Positions 49,060-61,494 of a stretch of 64,000 bases of DNA are shown here, piece after piece. The notes under the pieces are model-generated. The model worked only from the letters and a program-made list of their open reading frames with translations. It had not been told where the DNA came from and did not search any database. The DNA comes from Lama glama (Eukaryota), in NCBI GenBank assembly GCA_028534125.1, contig CM052825.1, positions 20,460,001-20,524,000 on the forward strand, written 5' to 3'. The stretch's first letter is position 1; every line of letters begins with the position of its first letter. The position numbers and the translations under genes were made by a program.

Positions 49060-50261
49060 GCAGTAACATGGATGGACCTAGAGATTATTATACTAAGTGA
49101 AGTAAGTCAAAGAAAGACAAATATCATATGATATCACTTATATGTAGAATCTAAAAAAAAAATGACACAAACAAACTTACTTACAAAACAGAAAGAGAGT
49201 TAACAGACATAGAAAACAAACTTATGGCTACCAGGGGAGGAAGCGGGGAGAGAGAGATAAATTGGGAGTTTGGAATTGGCAGATACAAACCACTACATAC
49301 AAAAGAGATAAACAACAAGGTCCAACTCTATAGTACAGGGAACTATATTCAGTGGCTTGTAGTAACCCATAATGAAAAAGAGTATGAAAAATAATATGTA
49401 CATAATATGTGTATGTGTAACTGAATCACTATTCTGTACACCAGAAACGAATACAACATTTTAACTCAACTATACTTCAACATAAAAAATGGGGACTAAA
49501 AGAGAGAAGCAATATGTGAGACAGTGTCCTTGGCACTGGAGAAGGAAAGTGGGGAAGGGCCCACAGAGTAAGCAGGTATGTGAGAGACTAGAGGAGGCAA
49601 ATGGCCAGGAAGTAGTTGCTTTCCCCAGACCTTAATGAACACAGGCAGATGAGCCACGGCTGTTCCACTCAAGACTTCTCTCTCAAAACTGTGCTCAGGC
49701 CAGTTATAAACTAGCAAGAGTGCACAGTTAGTGGCGATGGATGGATGGTTAGATGTCTTTCGTTTCTGAGGATTCCCAGGTCATCTTACTAGGGACCAAG
49801 AATAGCCAGCATAGCAGATGGCTAAGTTTGTGCCCAGAAGGCTTCTCTCTGTGGCGTGGGCTATGTTAGGTCCGTTTCTTCGAGGAAGCACGCACTGATT
49901 CAGAGTGATTGTGCTTCCTTGCCAATTTCACCTCTTCCTTCTTGAACGAGCCTCTTCCATCTTCTCTTTCCACCAGAGAACGCGGCCGTGGCCAAACGCG
50001 GACAGGCTTCCTGTTAGAAACCACCGCCCACTGAGTCTGCATCCGTGACCTCCTGAGCTAAATGAGCTTTACTGCTTTTATTTGGCTCTTTGAATCTGAG
50101 AACCACACCCAATATTCTTTGGGGGACATGGCACCTCAGCTAGATTTATTGCATATCAGAGTCAGAAAGGGTGAAGTGTCTGTGGCTCCGTTAACATCAA
50201 CATCTGGTCTTTATTTTGCACTGGCAGCCTCAAACAGCCTCAAGAGAAACAACTTTCAGTT

Positions 50262-50457
50262 GCTAGTTCTCAATCCTAACTGCATGTTAAAATCACCCTT
50301 GGAGCTGTGGTAACACAGCTGCCTGGGTTCTTCCCAAACCAATTAAGCCAGGATCTCAGGGTAGGGAGAGTGCCTGGACACTGGGGGTTTGGTTTCTTTG
50401 TTTGTTTTTAAGCTCTCCAAATGTTTCCAATGTGTAGCCAGATGTGAAAGTCACTAC
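50262..50457. mobile_element. MER5-type MITE
   Basis: gttctcaatcctaactgcatgttaaaatcacc...aagctctccaaatgtttccaatgtgtagccag. Confidence 0.7.
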
Positions 50458-52189
50458 TTTTAGAGTCTCCAGTTTAATCAGCACACTGCTGTATTGGCCT
50501 GGCAATTCCTGTTATAAAATTCACTGTGAAAATATAAAATATGTTCCTATGCATTGTGTGTTCAGTTTTGAAAAATATAACTTTTCCTGAAGATCAGAAT
50601 GTCATTTTTCTTTGTTCCGAAAGTTCTGCCCCAGTCTTCAGGCAAAAAAGCAAGGTGGAGCATGTCTTTCTAACCATAACATTACTATTCAGGAATTACA
50701 GTGTTGGAGACAGTGTTCTATAAAGTGTCAGGACATCTTGGTCAACCATGCTCAGACACAGAATGTTGTAAGTTTTTCTTTCTTTTCTCCTCAGGAATTT
50801 ATGTGTATCTATTGATATACATGGAGGCTTTCGTTTTATAATCAGGGAAGAACTGGGGGCCGGTATTTTGTTAGGTCAGAAAGAGAGAAGGAGGGGGGAA
50901 AAAGGGAGAAAGAGGACAATCATGGAAGGGCCTGCATGAGATTTACCTTCTCCTGGCCTCTGGGACCGCCCTTTTCTTGTATGTTTGACGCTTACAAACT
51001 GCCTTGTCTTTAGGCTGTGTGGGCTCTGAGCATTTTCAGAGTTATTTTAGGGGCAGATGACAAAGTATAAGAGTAGGCTGGGGAAAGACCATTCTCCTTT
51101 CCTGTGAACTGAGCCCACTAGAGCATCCTTAGTCAGAAATGGTCACACCCATTTTACAGCTGAGACAACTGAGGAATAGTATGGTCGTCTGCAGTCTGCT
51201 CTGATTTTTTTCTTATGCTCTGAGCTGGCTTGGTTACAGTGTGACTTTTTATTTTCCCTCTACGTCTCCCAAATGCAGCCTTGGCACACGCTCCTCTATT
51301 ATAAACCTCATTTTGCCATAATCAGGGGTTAATTAGTTACACATCCTTAGATTCCCCTGCTACACCCTGGTCAGTGAACCTGACCAGGTACTGAGGAAGT
51401 TGGTGGGCATGCCAGTGGTGCAGAAATACGGCTCTCTGTTACAAACACATTTAGTATATCATCCCAAATTTCTTGTGACTTTTCCAAAGCACGAGAGCAG
51501 CATGGAAGATGATAACACACATTCCAGAAAGGAAAGGTGGGGGTAGGGGGAGAACCAGCCTTTCCGTGATGAAGCAAATTGTTCCACATTGCTGATTTAC
51601 CCGGGAGATTATTCTGCATTATCTGTTATTGGAATGGAGTGTCAAAAATATTTCTTTTTCTCAAACATGTTAGAGGTTGCGAAAACTCATTTCCATCGAA
51701 AATACCTGGCCATGATTTCTCAACTAAGGAAATAACCATCTCTCAAGTTATCTGTGGAAGTCAGGGAGCCAATAATGTTTGGCTACTGTGACGTTTATTT
51801 GGCTTAATGGGCTCCTTCCTGAGAATTTAATGTCTTTTCCACAAGCCGCGGCTACAATGGAATTGAAACTGACATACTTCTACCCGCGGGTCCTTTCTTC
51901 TCTCTAGATTATGTGAAAAATGAGCCCAATTGCAATTCTCTTGTTATGTTCACTCACCTAACATGGAACAAATGTCTCTTTGAGGACCTGTTGTCTGTTG
52001 AGCCCCCCATTTTCTTTTTCAGCAACAGCACTGCTTTCTCATCTTCCCAAGTCCCTCGAAGTTTGTCCTGGGATGCTCAGATCCACCCCGCTGGACAGCC
52101 TCCAGGAATCGCCTGTCTGACTTGGGAACTACACTGTCTCGCCTTCTGTGCAGGCTCCCTCTTACAACACGTATGACAACAAAAATCAT

Positions 52190-52413
52190 ACAATTAGGAT
52201 TTTTTAAAACTCAATTTAATGAATATTTGACTACTTCTAGGGCCCCATTTGCAATGCACAGATGTGTCAGTCATCCTCCCTGACTTCCGGAGTGGGTGAT
52301 CTCAAGGGCGAGAGGTACTCATATGCAGGGTGGTCATCAAACTCCTCAATAACAGGGACGTATGAGCACCCACAGATCAGAACGGACGGCGGCTTCAGCA
52401 CGGGAGCTGACCC
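52190..52413 (-). other. Candidate (unverified) terminal exon: 48 codons, stop, ATTAAA
   Basis: Acceptor gtcttcag|G at 52414/52413; open frame GSAPVLKPPSVLICGCSYVPVIEEFDDHPAYEYLSPLRSPTPEVREDD* ending at 52267; ATTAAA at 52220-52215; no upstream exon identified. Confidence 0.2.
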
Positions 52414-52919
52414 CTGAAGACCCCAAGTAAGCTGCTTAGCTGGGCTCTTTTTTTTTTTCCTTTTACACATTTTGTTTTAATAAATAAAGCATATCCATGA
52501 CTTAGGTTTTAAGTCACATCTACAGATGAACAGATGACAGAGAAGCCACTACTGCTGGGAGAGATGTGGCCCCACATGCACTTGAAGCCCAAAGAGCAGA
52601 GATGTGGCGCTGGGACCACCACACACTGCTACCCTCTAGGCTGGACACTGGACCAGAGACAGCAGAGGACTCAGGGCCATCCAGGTACTACATCTGACCT
52701 CCTCACTTTCCCTTCATGCTACAGAACCAGCAGGAAGTTGTCTTACTTTCAGATGCGCTAGAGGAAGGGCTCCTGATCACAGGAAGTGAAACTCTCTCCC
52801 AGTGTTAACATTAGCTGGGGCGTCAGCTACAGAAGGGTATCCACTGACACACACAGGACAGTAGAACGGCAAAGAGGAAGCTACACAGGTCATCCCGCTT
52901 CTTCAATCAGCAGACACAC

Positions 52920-53070
52920 CCACTGGGGTCTGGTGGGTCTGGGTTAAATTCTCTGAGTCTCAGTTTACTCATCTGTAAAATGGTGCTAATGACGGCCATG
53001 AGGATTAAGTGAGAAAATGTTTCTATTTAAATGCTTAGCCCAGCAGACCTCGCCCAGAGAAAGCGCCGAA
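52920..53070 (+). mobile_element. MIR SINE
   Basis: ctctgagtctcagtttactcatctgtaaaatgg...tgaggattaagtgag. Confidence 0.82.
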
Positions 53071-53849
53071 TCTGTTCCTCCTCGTGGCCTTGCCCACTTT
53101 CCAAACAAAGCCAAATGGCAGGAGAGCTCTCAGCTGAACTTTCCAAGGTGTTTTGTGGGGATGAAGCCTCCTGGAACTGCCCTTGCTTGAAGAAGGCAAT
53201 ATATCTTAGTATGAGGATCTACATTTTTAACAAGTACCCCCATATCATTCCTATGTTCTCTAAATTAAAAACCAACATTGCTCTAGTTGGAGAAAGAATA
53301 AACAGCAGTTTCAGATCACAAAGAGCAGCTTGCTACCTGCTCTGCCTGCACAGGAAGGCGGTCGGAATACGGCCAGCACGAATGACCTAGACCCTGGAGG
53401 ACTGGGGCTCCGGCATCCGGGCTGCCTGTCACTGCACCCCCTGCATCCACTTCCCTCTGGGATGTTTGATCTCCCTCCAGTATGAATACGAGCTTCCCCT
53501 GCAGCACACCGTGAAGACGAACGAGCTAATGGATACACAGGATATGTGCCTAAGAAAGCATTTCAGTTAATGACACAAATCAATAGCCCCTTTGGTTGAG
53601 AGGGAGGCATCAATTTATTTTCTCCTTTAAATTTAACAAGCATTTTATTTTTGTTATCACTCTTTTCCCAATTATAAAAATACCAGGACAACTGCGGAAA
53701 AACTGGAAAACAGAGGAGAGCATAAAGTAGTTTAAAAATCGACTTATCTGGGTACACTGATTACATCGCCTAAAGGAGTTACCTGCTAAATCACTGTGTG
53801 TCCTCACACAGTGACTCGGGGAAGAATTAAAGGACAGAAAGTCTATCGT

Positions 53850-54270
53850 AGGGGTCAAGGACACGAGCGGTGGCATGAGCTCCAAAGCGTGCAGTGTGAC
53901 TCTGGCCAACTTGCTAACTTTTCCTGGCCTCTGTGAGGTGGGGATAATGCCATTCCCCGCTACAAGAGGTGCTCACAGGGATAAAACAAAATGAAACACG
54001 GAACACTCTCAGCCTACCCAAACAACACCACGCTATTATTTGGATAATACATTCTGATCAAGTGAGGAAAATCAGGTCAGATAATGGCTCTGCTCATTGT
54101 CTACAGGTATTGTCCATGCTGATTGGTCCATTTGTAAATATTTTGGGGCAGCCACCTCAGAATAATGACAGGTGTAGCTCCCACTACTGAGCACTTACCA
54201 TGGCCAGGCGCTATTCTAAATGCATGACCACCTTTAACCTGCAAAACAGCCCTCTGAGATTAGAATGTAA
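53850..54270. mobile_element. Two MIR fragments (plus at about 53850-54040, minus at about 54165-54270)
   Basis: gtgtgactctggccaacttgctaac...; tactgagcacttaccatggccaggcgctattctaaatgc. Confidence 0.6.
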
Positions 54271-54439
54271 AGAAGTTGGTGTCTTATTTTATTATTTTTA
54301 TTTCATGTTCTTTTCCCCTTTCTTACCTGAAAATTTCACCTGTCAGAGCAACTGATCCAGGCTCAAGTCACACCACCCCCATCCAGATGAGCACACCTAG
54401 AGGTATCTTTCAGTCCCTGCTGCTGCTTTGAAGGAGTGA

Positions 54440-54720
54440 TGTCTGGAATGCCAGCTTCTGACTGTTAGCTGCATGGCTAATTTTAAATATTTGTTTAATA
54501 TGCAAATGATACCTCGCAGTGACAGCGTGGGGAGAACTGCAGATGTCTTTCCCTCAAAACGACACAGCCCCACTGTTGTTCCCACTCAGTTACTGACATT
54601 GTGTTACTTCAGTCCGGGGCTCTGATTTACCCAACTTGATTGCAAACGCCCTGACGTCAAGCAAGGCCACTGTACGAATGAGAAAACGGCACCCCCTCTG
54701 GACAGATGAATTAAAAAACT
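54440..54720. promoter_or_regulatory. Candidate enhancer (FOX, octamer, MEIS, E-box, PBX-HOX and CRE motif cluster)
   Basis: TATTTGTTTA 54488, ATGCAAAT 54500, TGACAG 54520, CAGATG 54540, TGATTTAC 54623, TGACGTCA 54652 in non-repeat DNA; motif evidence only. Confidence 0.4.
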
Positions 54721-56337
54721 GCACCACCAGCATCACTCCCTCCACCCCCCAACCCCCACCCCCCAACCCCAAGAGAAAATTAGAAAAAGCTATTTCCACC
54801 TCAGTGGTTGACCTAGGAAAAAATACCTCTCTGAGAGCATCCAACATCAGGGGGCACACAGCTTGGAGAGTGGAGAACTGGCTACATTTTGGCCCCTACT
54901 TACTTTCTTGGCCAGAGATGTTTGTGCAGTGCACAACTTGTGAAACCTTATGTGGTGGCCTTGACCCAGAGTCTGGAAGACATTTGTACCTTTGAGTTTC
55001 CCCATGTTGTGGAATAAAAAGATATTATTTTAACAGCTGGCACCAGAGACCCTCCTAGGGTGAGAACCATGTCTGATTAGGAAGATACTTGATGGGCTAC
55101 TCTTGTGTGGAAAGATCTTCCATGTGGAAGGAGACAGATAAGAAGAGGGAGGTGAGAAAGGCGAAGGGGACTGAGTAAAAGGATGGGAAGACGAAAGTGC
55201 CTGTTGAGAAATGTAATCAGTGCCAAGTTCCCAATGGCGAGGTGGTCAGAGGGCATGTTTTAGGAGCAGGGATATCAAATAATCCAGCTTAGATTTGGAG
55301 GAATTGCCACATGAACCCCCTCTGTTGCCTTAAAGCTTCACTGACAATCTGATAAACATAACCTTGTCTTAGGGAACTGGAAGAAATGAAAACACTGAAG
55401 TTTTATCCTCTGTGGACAGTGCTTCCAAGTCAGAGAGGTGGCCCCCAAACTAATGTAACACCAGGAAAGGAGAAACACAAAGACGGTGACCAGAGAAGCA
55501 GAGAGCTGATCTGCATCAGGCCTCAGAGAACCCTAGAGAGTCAGGAAGGGGCATCAGCCCTCCCATCACATGGGGGGTGAAGGCAAAGCCAGTTTCATTT
55601 GAATCTCAAAGGACAAAGTAACCCCAGGGGACATCGAGGCCTCATGTGTCAGTGATGGTCACAGAGCTCTGGTGCTCTGTCTCCCCTCTCTTTCTCTCTG
55701 CATTATGATGAATAATTAGAATTCATAGCTACTGAGTGTCTAATACGTACCAGGAGCTGAATATACATGATCTCAAACTTCAAAACAAACTTAGCCAAGT
55801 TAAGTATTTAGGTCCACATTTTAGAGTTAAGGCTTATAAGAATCAGACCCAGGGGAAGACAGAGAAGGGAAATGCTTTCCTCTGACGAGAAGGGAGGCTT
55901 TGCTGAGTCACAAGTTCTTCCCAGCCCCGGCATTCCTTTAACTCTAGGAGCACATGATCTGGTGTTTTGAAAAAAGGAATCACTTTCATTTATGAGACAA
56001 AGATGTGGTGTGTGCCTAACTGCCCTGCAGCATGGCGACAATAATGCTTATCATTAGATAGGTGTCAGGTCACCTTGGTTAGAAGTTCTACTTAATGTCA
56101 ACATGACGTTCCACCCATGTGTGCTGAGAGTTCATGGCTTTTCAATCATGTTGCAGTGTGGTTATGACTAAGATAAAAGCTAGAGGGAAACGTGCAATGC
56201 AGTAAGGCCAAGTAAAGGGAGAAGGGAAATACTATTTTCTGTGTGCCCACCCCCTGTGGTAGAGGAGCTGTCTTTTCATTTGGACAACCAACGGTATGGC
56301 GTTATTTTCAAATAGCCTCCTCTCCAGAAGATGGCAC

Positions 56338-56990
56338 TGATACAGGAAACAGGGGCACAAGAGGATAGTCCTGTCCCAGGTCTCCGGCAAGTCCCTGGGA
56401 TGCGCCCCGCCAAGTGAGGGTCCTTGGCTTCTCGAAGGAAAGATTTCAAGAGTGAGCCATAGCAGAGTGAAGGTAGATTTTTTCAGAGAGATACATACTC
56501 CATGGACAGAGCGTGGGCTGTCTCCAAAGGCAAGAGAGAGCGAGGGAGGCCTAGGAGACACACATTCCATAGGCAGAATGCAGGCCATCTCCAGAGGTGA
56601 CAGGCAGCTGCCTCAGAGCATGGGGTCATCTTGCAAAATGAGACTGGCCATGAGGTGTGGGGTGTTAGATTTTACGGGTTGGGTAACTTCACATGCTAAC
56701 AAGCGGGAGATTATTCCAACTACTTTGGGAAGGGGCAGGAATTCCCAAGAACTGGGCCACGCCCACTTTTTGACCTTTTATGACCAGCCTCAGAACTGTC
56801 ACGGTGCCTATGGGAGGGCCATTTAGCATGTCAATATATTACAATGAGTGTGTAACAAAGCTCAAGATCTACCGGAAGTCAAATCCTGCACCATCTTGGG
56901 CCTCAAGGTCTACGGAGAGTTGAATCTTCCACCATCTTTGCTGTGTCATTCTTTTAATTCTTGTGCCCTGCCTCCTTTCCTCCTGTCTCA
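56338..56990 (-). mobile_element. ERV1-type solo LTR (copy 2, same family as 27866-28521)
   Basis: tgatacaggaaa...cctgtctca, 653 bp; flanks gcac/gtat; extensive alignment with copy 1. Confidence 0.88.
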
Positions 56991-57777
56991 GTATCACTCC
57001 TCCCTGAAGACAATTGGTCCAAATACAAGCATGACTGAGGCCTGGGGGTCTTCAGAGAGAGAGCCAAAGAGAATCTGGGGACATCCTAGCAACGCTCCAG
57101 AGAGTGGGCCAAGGAGACATGGGGAACATGGGTCACAATGGCATTCCAGAGAGAGGAAGTTGAGGGAGGTTCTGATAACATGACATTCCTAAGAGAGAGA
57201 GGATTGTGCTGAATTCTGGGAGCATGGCAACCGGAATGGGACTTCTTTCTCCTCCACCCACAGGCCTAAGCTATCGACAGCATCTAGGGGAGGCAGAGGC
57301 GAATGCAGCCTTGGGCTCTGCTTAAATCCTTCTGGAGAGAACTGGGAGGAGATTTCTTCTCCAACGTCCAGGTGAGCCCTGTAGCTGCAGGACTTAAACA
57401 GCAGATCCTGGGAGTCGTAGACATCTGTGACTTTCTGGGAAGGCCAGTGTTGGTCTGTAGTGACATGCAAAGCCCTCTGGAGACCAGAAAGGAGATAAGA
57501 GGATGACCTCTCCTGACCCCATGGAAGGGAAGTGGAGGATATTAGAGATGCTTTTCCTAGGTACCTCCACAGGAGCTGCCCCCTCAAGTACTTCCTCATC
57601 TCCATCCCACATGGGTAGAGATTATTTCCCCTCCTATCATCCATGGGATTGGAACCCAACAGAGCTGAAAAATTAACATACTATCACTACTAATAATAGT
57701 AGATGCTTAAAAAGCTCTGGCTTTGTGCCAATCATGTTCTGCATGCTTAACATATATATCGGCATTTTTACAAAATT

Positions 57778-58497
57778 AAAACTTTTTATTTTTAGGTTAT
57801 TGTAGATTCACATGCAGTTGTACGAAATAACAGAGAAATCCCATGTGCCCTTTACCCAGTTCCCCCCAGTGGCAATGCATTGGTAACTATCATACCATAT
57901 CACAACCCAGAAATTGACATTAATACAATCAAGACACAGAAGATTTCCATCACCAAAAGGATCCTTTTTGTTGACACTTTATAGTCATGCCCACTTCCCT
58001 CCTGCCTCCACCCCCACTTTAGCCCCTGGACATCAATAATCTGTTTCCCATTTCTATAATTTTGCCATTTCAAGAATGTTATATAAAGAGAATCATACAG
58101 AATGTAACCTTTTAAGATTGAATTTTTTTCACTCAGCATACTTCTCTGGAAATTCATTCTGGTTGTTGCATGAATCAATTGTTCCTTTCATCGCTGAGTA
58201 GTATTCCACGGAATGGATGTACTGCTGGTTAGCCATTTGTCCCTGAAGGACATCTGGGTTGTTTCCAGTTGGAGGCTATTATGAACAAAAGTGCTATAAA
58301 CATTTATGTACTTATGTGTAAACATAAGTTTTCGTTTCTCTGGGATCAGTGCCCAGAAGTGCACTTGTTGGGTCCTAATGTAGTGGCATGTTTAGTTTTG
58401 TAGGAAAATGCCAAACTGTTTTGCAGAATGGCTGTAGCATTTTAGAGTCCCACCAGCAGGGATGGGTGTTCCTCTTTCTTGACATTCTCCCCAGCAC
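57778..58497 (-). mobile_element. L1MC1-type 3' end
   Basis: gtagattcacatgcagttgtacgaaataacagagaaatcccatgtgccctttacccag; ORF 57900-58178 (IHATTRMNFQRSMLSEK) is the ORF2 terminus. Confidence 0.88.
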
Positions 58498-59389
58498 TAG
58501 ATTGGAGTTGGCATACAGGACAGAATCAATATGCCATGCTTGGGCTGAAGTAACCAGCTTTCCAGAAAACACACATTAGAATGTTTTGAGAATAAAGAAG
58601 AAACTAGTCCATCGGCACATCACATTTTAGAATGGATATGTTTGCCAGGTTAGCCAGGCAGGGAAAGTTCAGAAAGGACCCATCACAGGAGAGATGAGTT
58701 GTGATAGGGATGTAGGGGAAGGAGTTCAGAAAAGCTCGTGTGGTTGTCCATGACTGTCACAGCAGAATTATCGAAAGAGCTCTGTGTCTCTTGAAGGGAA
58801 GAACTAAGGTGTGAGATAAAAAAGACCAGACAGCAGCCAAAAGCAAACTTCAGCAACTCTGAAAACCCAGATACAAACTCAGGGATCAGTTCCCTGTAGT
58901 CCACTCAAGGCTACTGTTTCGCAGAATTCTTGCAATCGATAGTGCAGTAAATATGAGACTTCATTACCCAAACACTCCACTGCTAATCAATTAGTGACTC
59001 AGTCTCTCGAATGCACAGGGTTTGTCCATATCCGTCTTGCTCCCCCACCCCTCATGTCAGCCACACCTTGCTCCCCTATCTTGAGTACCATCATTCTCGT
59101 GGATGCAGCAGGACCCGGGCTCTGTAGTGGGGCTTCTTTTCCTCCATCAGACGCTGTCTTTGTTCACTCAGAAAATTCTTTGTCCTTGTGTTTCCAAATT
59201 GTTTTCCCACCTCAGCCCCTAAAACTTCAGTTTAGCATTTCTATTGTGACGAAGAGAAACTGGTAAATGAAAGAGATCTCTCTCTGGATGAAATTATGGG
59301 GAGATGATGGAGCATGGCTCAACAAGAAGGAAGAAAAAAAAAAACAACAAAGGGAAAGAAGTGCCACCCAACTTTTCACTATGGGGATA

Positions 59390-59610
59390 AGAAAATTACT
59401 GAGGGCTCATGCATGTGCCAGGCACTGTGTTGAACCCTTTATCACATGTAATTCTCAGAACATCCCAATAAGTCATCTTTTTTCGTCCCCTTTGAAAGCG
59501 AGGGAAAATAGATTTGAGAGATTAAGTGACATACTCCAGGTCTAGTGCTGACAGTAGGGGAGCCAGGATTCAAACCCAGGCAGTCTTATTCCAGAACCCA
59601 TCTCCTGTCC
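59390..59610 (-). mobile_element. MIR SINE
   Basis: ttactgagggctcatgcatgtgccaggcactgtg...ggagccaggattcaaacccaggcagtct. Confidence 0.85.
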
Positions 59611-59899
59611 AGGACAGATCAATGAACAAAAACGTGTTTAGGCCAGCTCAGAAACTGAGTTGAGCCTTCTGAAACCAGGGCCTGCACTGTAGAGGAAACA
59701 GGCAAGGCAGGGCTGTTCCAACATGACTTGCCATGTGTGTGGATCTGATCTAGGTTCAAGGATTGGATCTGGCTTCTTTGAACCTTGTGAGGTGCTCTTG
59801 GGCACCAGCACGTGGTCTGGACAGCCCAGTCTCACCGGGCACGGTTCGTGATATCTAGCCGAAAGAAAGAAGAGTAATTCTTAAGACACAGAGTGACAA

Positions 59900-60980
59900 T
59901 ATTTCTACGAAAATCTACATAGAAAACAATCATTTTGAACCACCATTTCTGATCAAATGGAAGGCCAATCTTCCCACTGAAAACAATTTAAAATGCTGAT
60001 GGTCAAGAATTATAAAGTCAAAATCGAAGGGAAAGCAGAACTCTAGAATGGTAGGCACAGTATGGAGCCATTTTTGTGCTGAAAGTATTTCCCAAATCAG
60101 AAGAAATTAGGCTTCGGTTTTCACAACCTCATGGGACGCGAGGGACTAAATACCAAGCCTAGGACCTTCCCAAAGGGAGAAGTTAAATGCAAGACTCCAC
60201 AAAATACGGGACCCAAAGAGCTACGACACCAGAGGTAAAATTACTGCACCCATAGGGCCCCAGCTGCTGAAGTCTGCAGGAAGAATTCTTCAGGACTGAG
60301 TAGAGCAGGAAAAAAAAATAACTTCTCAAAAAAGCCATCATCACAGTCACAGCCCAGACTGAACCACCCACAGGTCCCCAAACCTTCAAGCCATGAAGTA
60401 GTTTAACACTTTCACATACTGCGCCCCCAGGTGTCCAGTAGAGGCAACTGAAGATGCTCTCTGCAGGAATGCCACTTTTCCCCAGTCCTCAGGGACGGCC
60501 ACAGGTAAATTTCCGAGAAAAATGAGCAGCACGTAGTAATAAATGTCTAAGTACACGGGAAGAAAGGCACAATGAGGAGAAAGTAAGAGAAAGAAAGACA
60601 ACTGTGTAAGATTCTCAGAAGATAGCAGCAGTGCCAGCTTAGTTTTTCAGTCTCTTTCATTCCCCCCACAAAAACAAAGCAAGTAGATAGAAAAGCTGGA
60701 AACACATGGACAACATTTCAAAACAAATCTAGGGAACAAGATACCGCCACAAACCCCAAAAGACCGGAGGATGGGGACAGACCACTAACAGATACCAGAC
60801 TCGCATGGTGCTGTCTGTGGGCGAGGATGAGGAAGGAAGCAATGGAGGCAGAATCCGATACTCTGATGGGCTTGAGAAAAAGAGAACCCCTTGGTAGGCA
60901 ACTAGAAAGAGCAAAGCATGATGCCTAAAAGAAACAGAAGGAGGAGAGAGGGGGAAAATTTCAAAAGTCAATAAGAAGAA
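59900..60980 (+). mobile_element. Ancient L1M/HAL1-like 5' UTR and ORF1-start fragments
   Basis: A-rich plus strand; aaatgagcagcacgtagtaataaatgtctaagtacacgggaagaaaggcacaatgag resembles old L1 ORF1 5' sequence; weak similarity. Confidence 0.45.
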
Positions 60981-60989
60981 CACAAACCA

Positions 60990-61492
60990 ATATTTGTTCA
61001 CCCATGTTTATAGCAGCTTTATGCACAATAGCCAAAAGGTGTCAACCATCTCAAAGTCCATCTACAAAGGAATGGATTAACAATATGTGGTCTATCCATA
61101 CAACGGAACATTATTCAGCCTTAAAAGGGGAGCATTCTGACACATGCTATAATGTGAAAAACCTGAAGGCATTATGCTCAGTGAAATAAGCCAGTGAAAA
61201 ATGGACAAATGCATGTTTCCACTCATAGGAGGTACTGAGAGTTGTTAAATTCATAGGGACGGAAAGTAGAATGGTGGTTGCCGGGGGCTGGGGGAAGTAG
61301 GATATAGGAGTTATTCCTGAATAAATACAGAATTTCACTTTTGCAAGATGGAAAATGTTCTAGAGGTGGAGGGTGGTGATGATGGGATAACAATGACTTA
61401 ATGACACTGAACTATACACTTAAAATGGTAAATATGGTAAAATTTATGTTCTCTATATTTTACCACAGTCAAAAATAAATAAATAAAAATAG
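60990..61492 (+). mobile_element. L1MB-type 3' end
   Basis: ORF 61004-61189 MFIAALCTIAKR...PSTKEWINNMWSIHTTEHYSALK is the ORF2 C-terminus; (AAAT)n tail. Confidence 0.9.
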
Positions 61493-61494
61493 AT

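Larger units (their letters stand above)
47761..49499 (+). mobile_element. 5'-truncated L1 (about 1.74 kb, ORF2 post-RT region to 3' UTR) with 18-bp TSD
   Basis: ORF2 peptides [18 protein letters not shown]...[12 protein letters not shown] and [14 protein letters not shown]...YDPAIPLLGIYP; frameshifts and stops; TSD aagagagaagcaagatgt (47743-47760) / aagagagaagcaatatgt (49500-49517). Confidence 0.96.

Noticed and set aside
53387-53549. Minus-strand exon upstream of the 52.3-kb candidate (acceptor tttcttag|G); LQGKLVFILEGD loosely recalls an HDAC motif
   Set aside because: The HDAC-like frame has an in-frame TAG just upstream, the donor sites are weak, and the only open frame ends in phase 2, which is incompatible with the phase-0 downstream exon.
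27866-56990. A single giant provirus bounded by the two homologous LTRs
   Set aside because: Each LTR has its own flanks, their internal structures differ, no PBS/gag/pol is seen, and the intervening DNA is full of far older MIR/L2 elements.
57189-57659. Longest ORF (156 aa, minus strand)
   Set aside because: No recognisable domain, splice structure or codon signal; consistent with a chance ORF.
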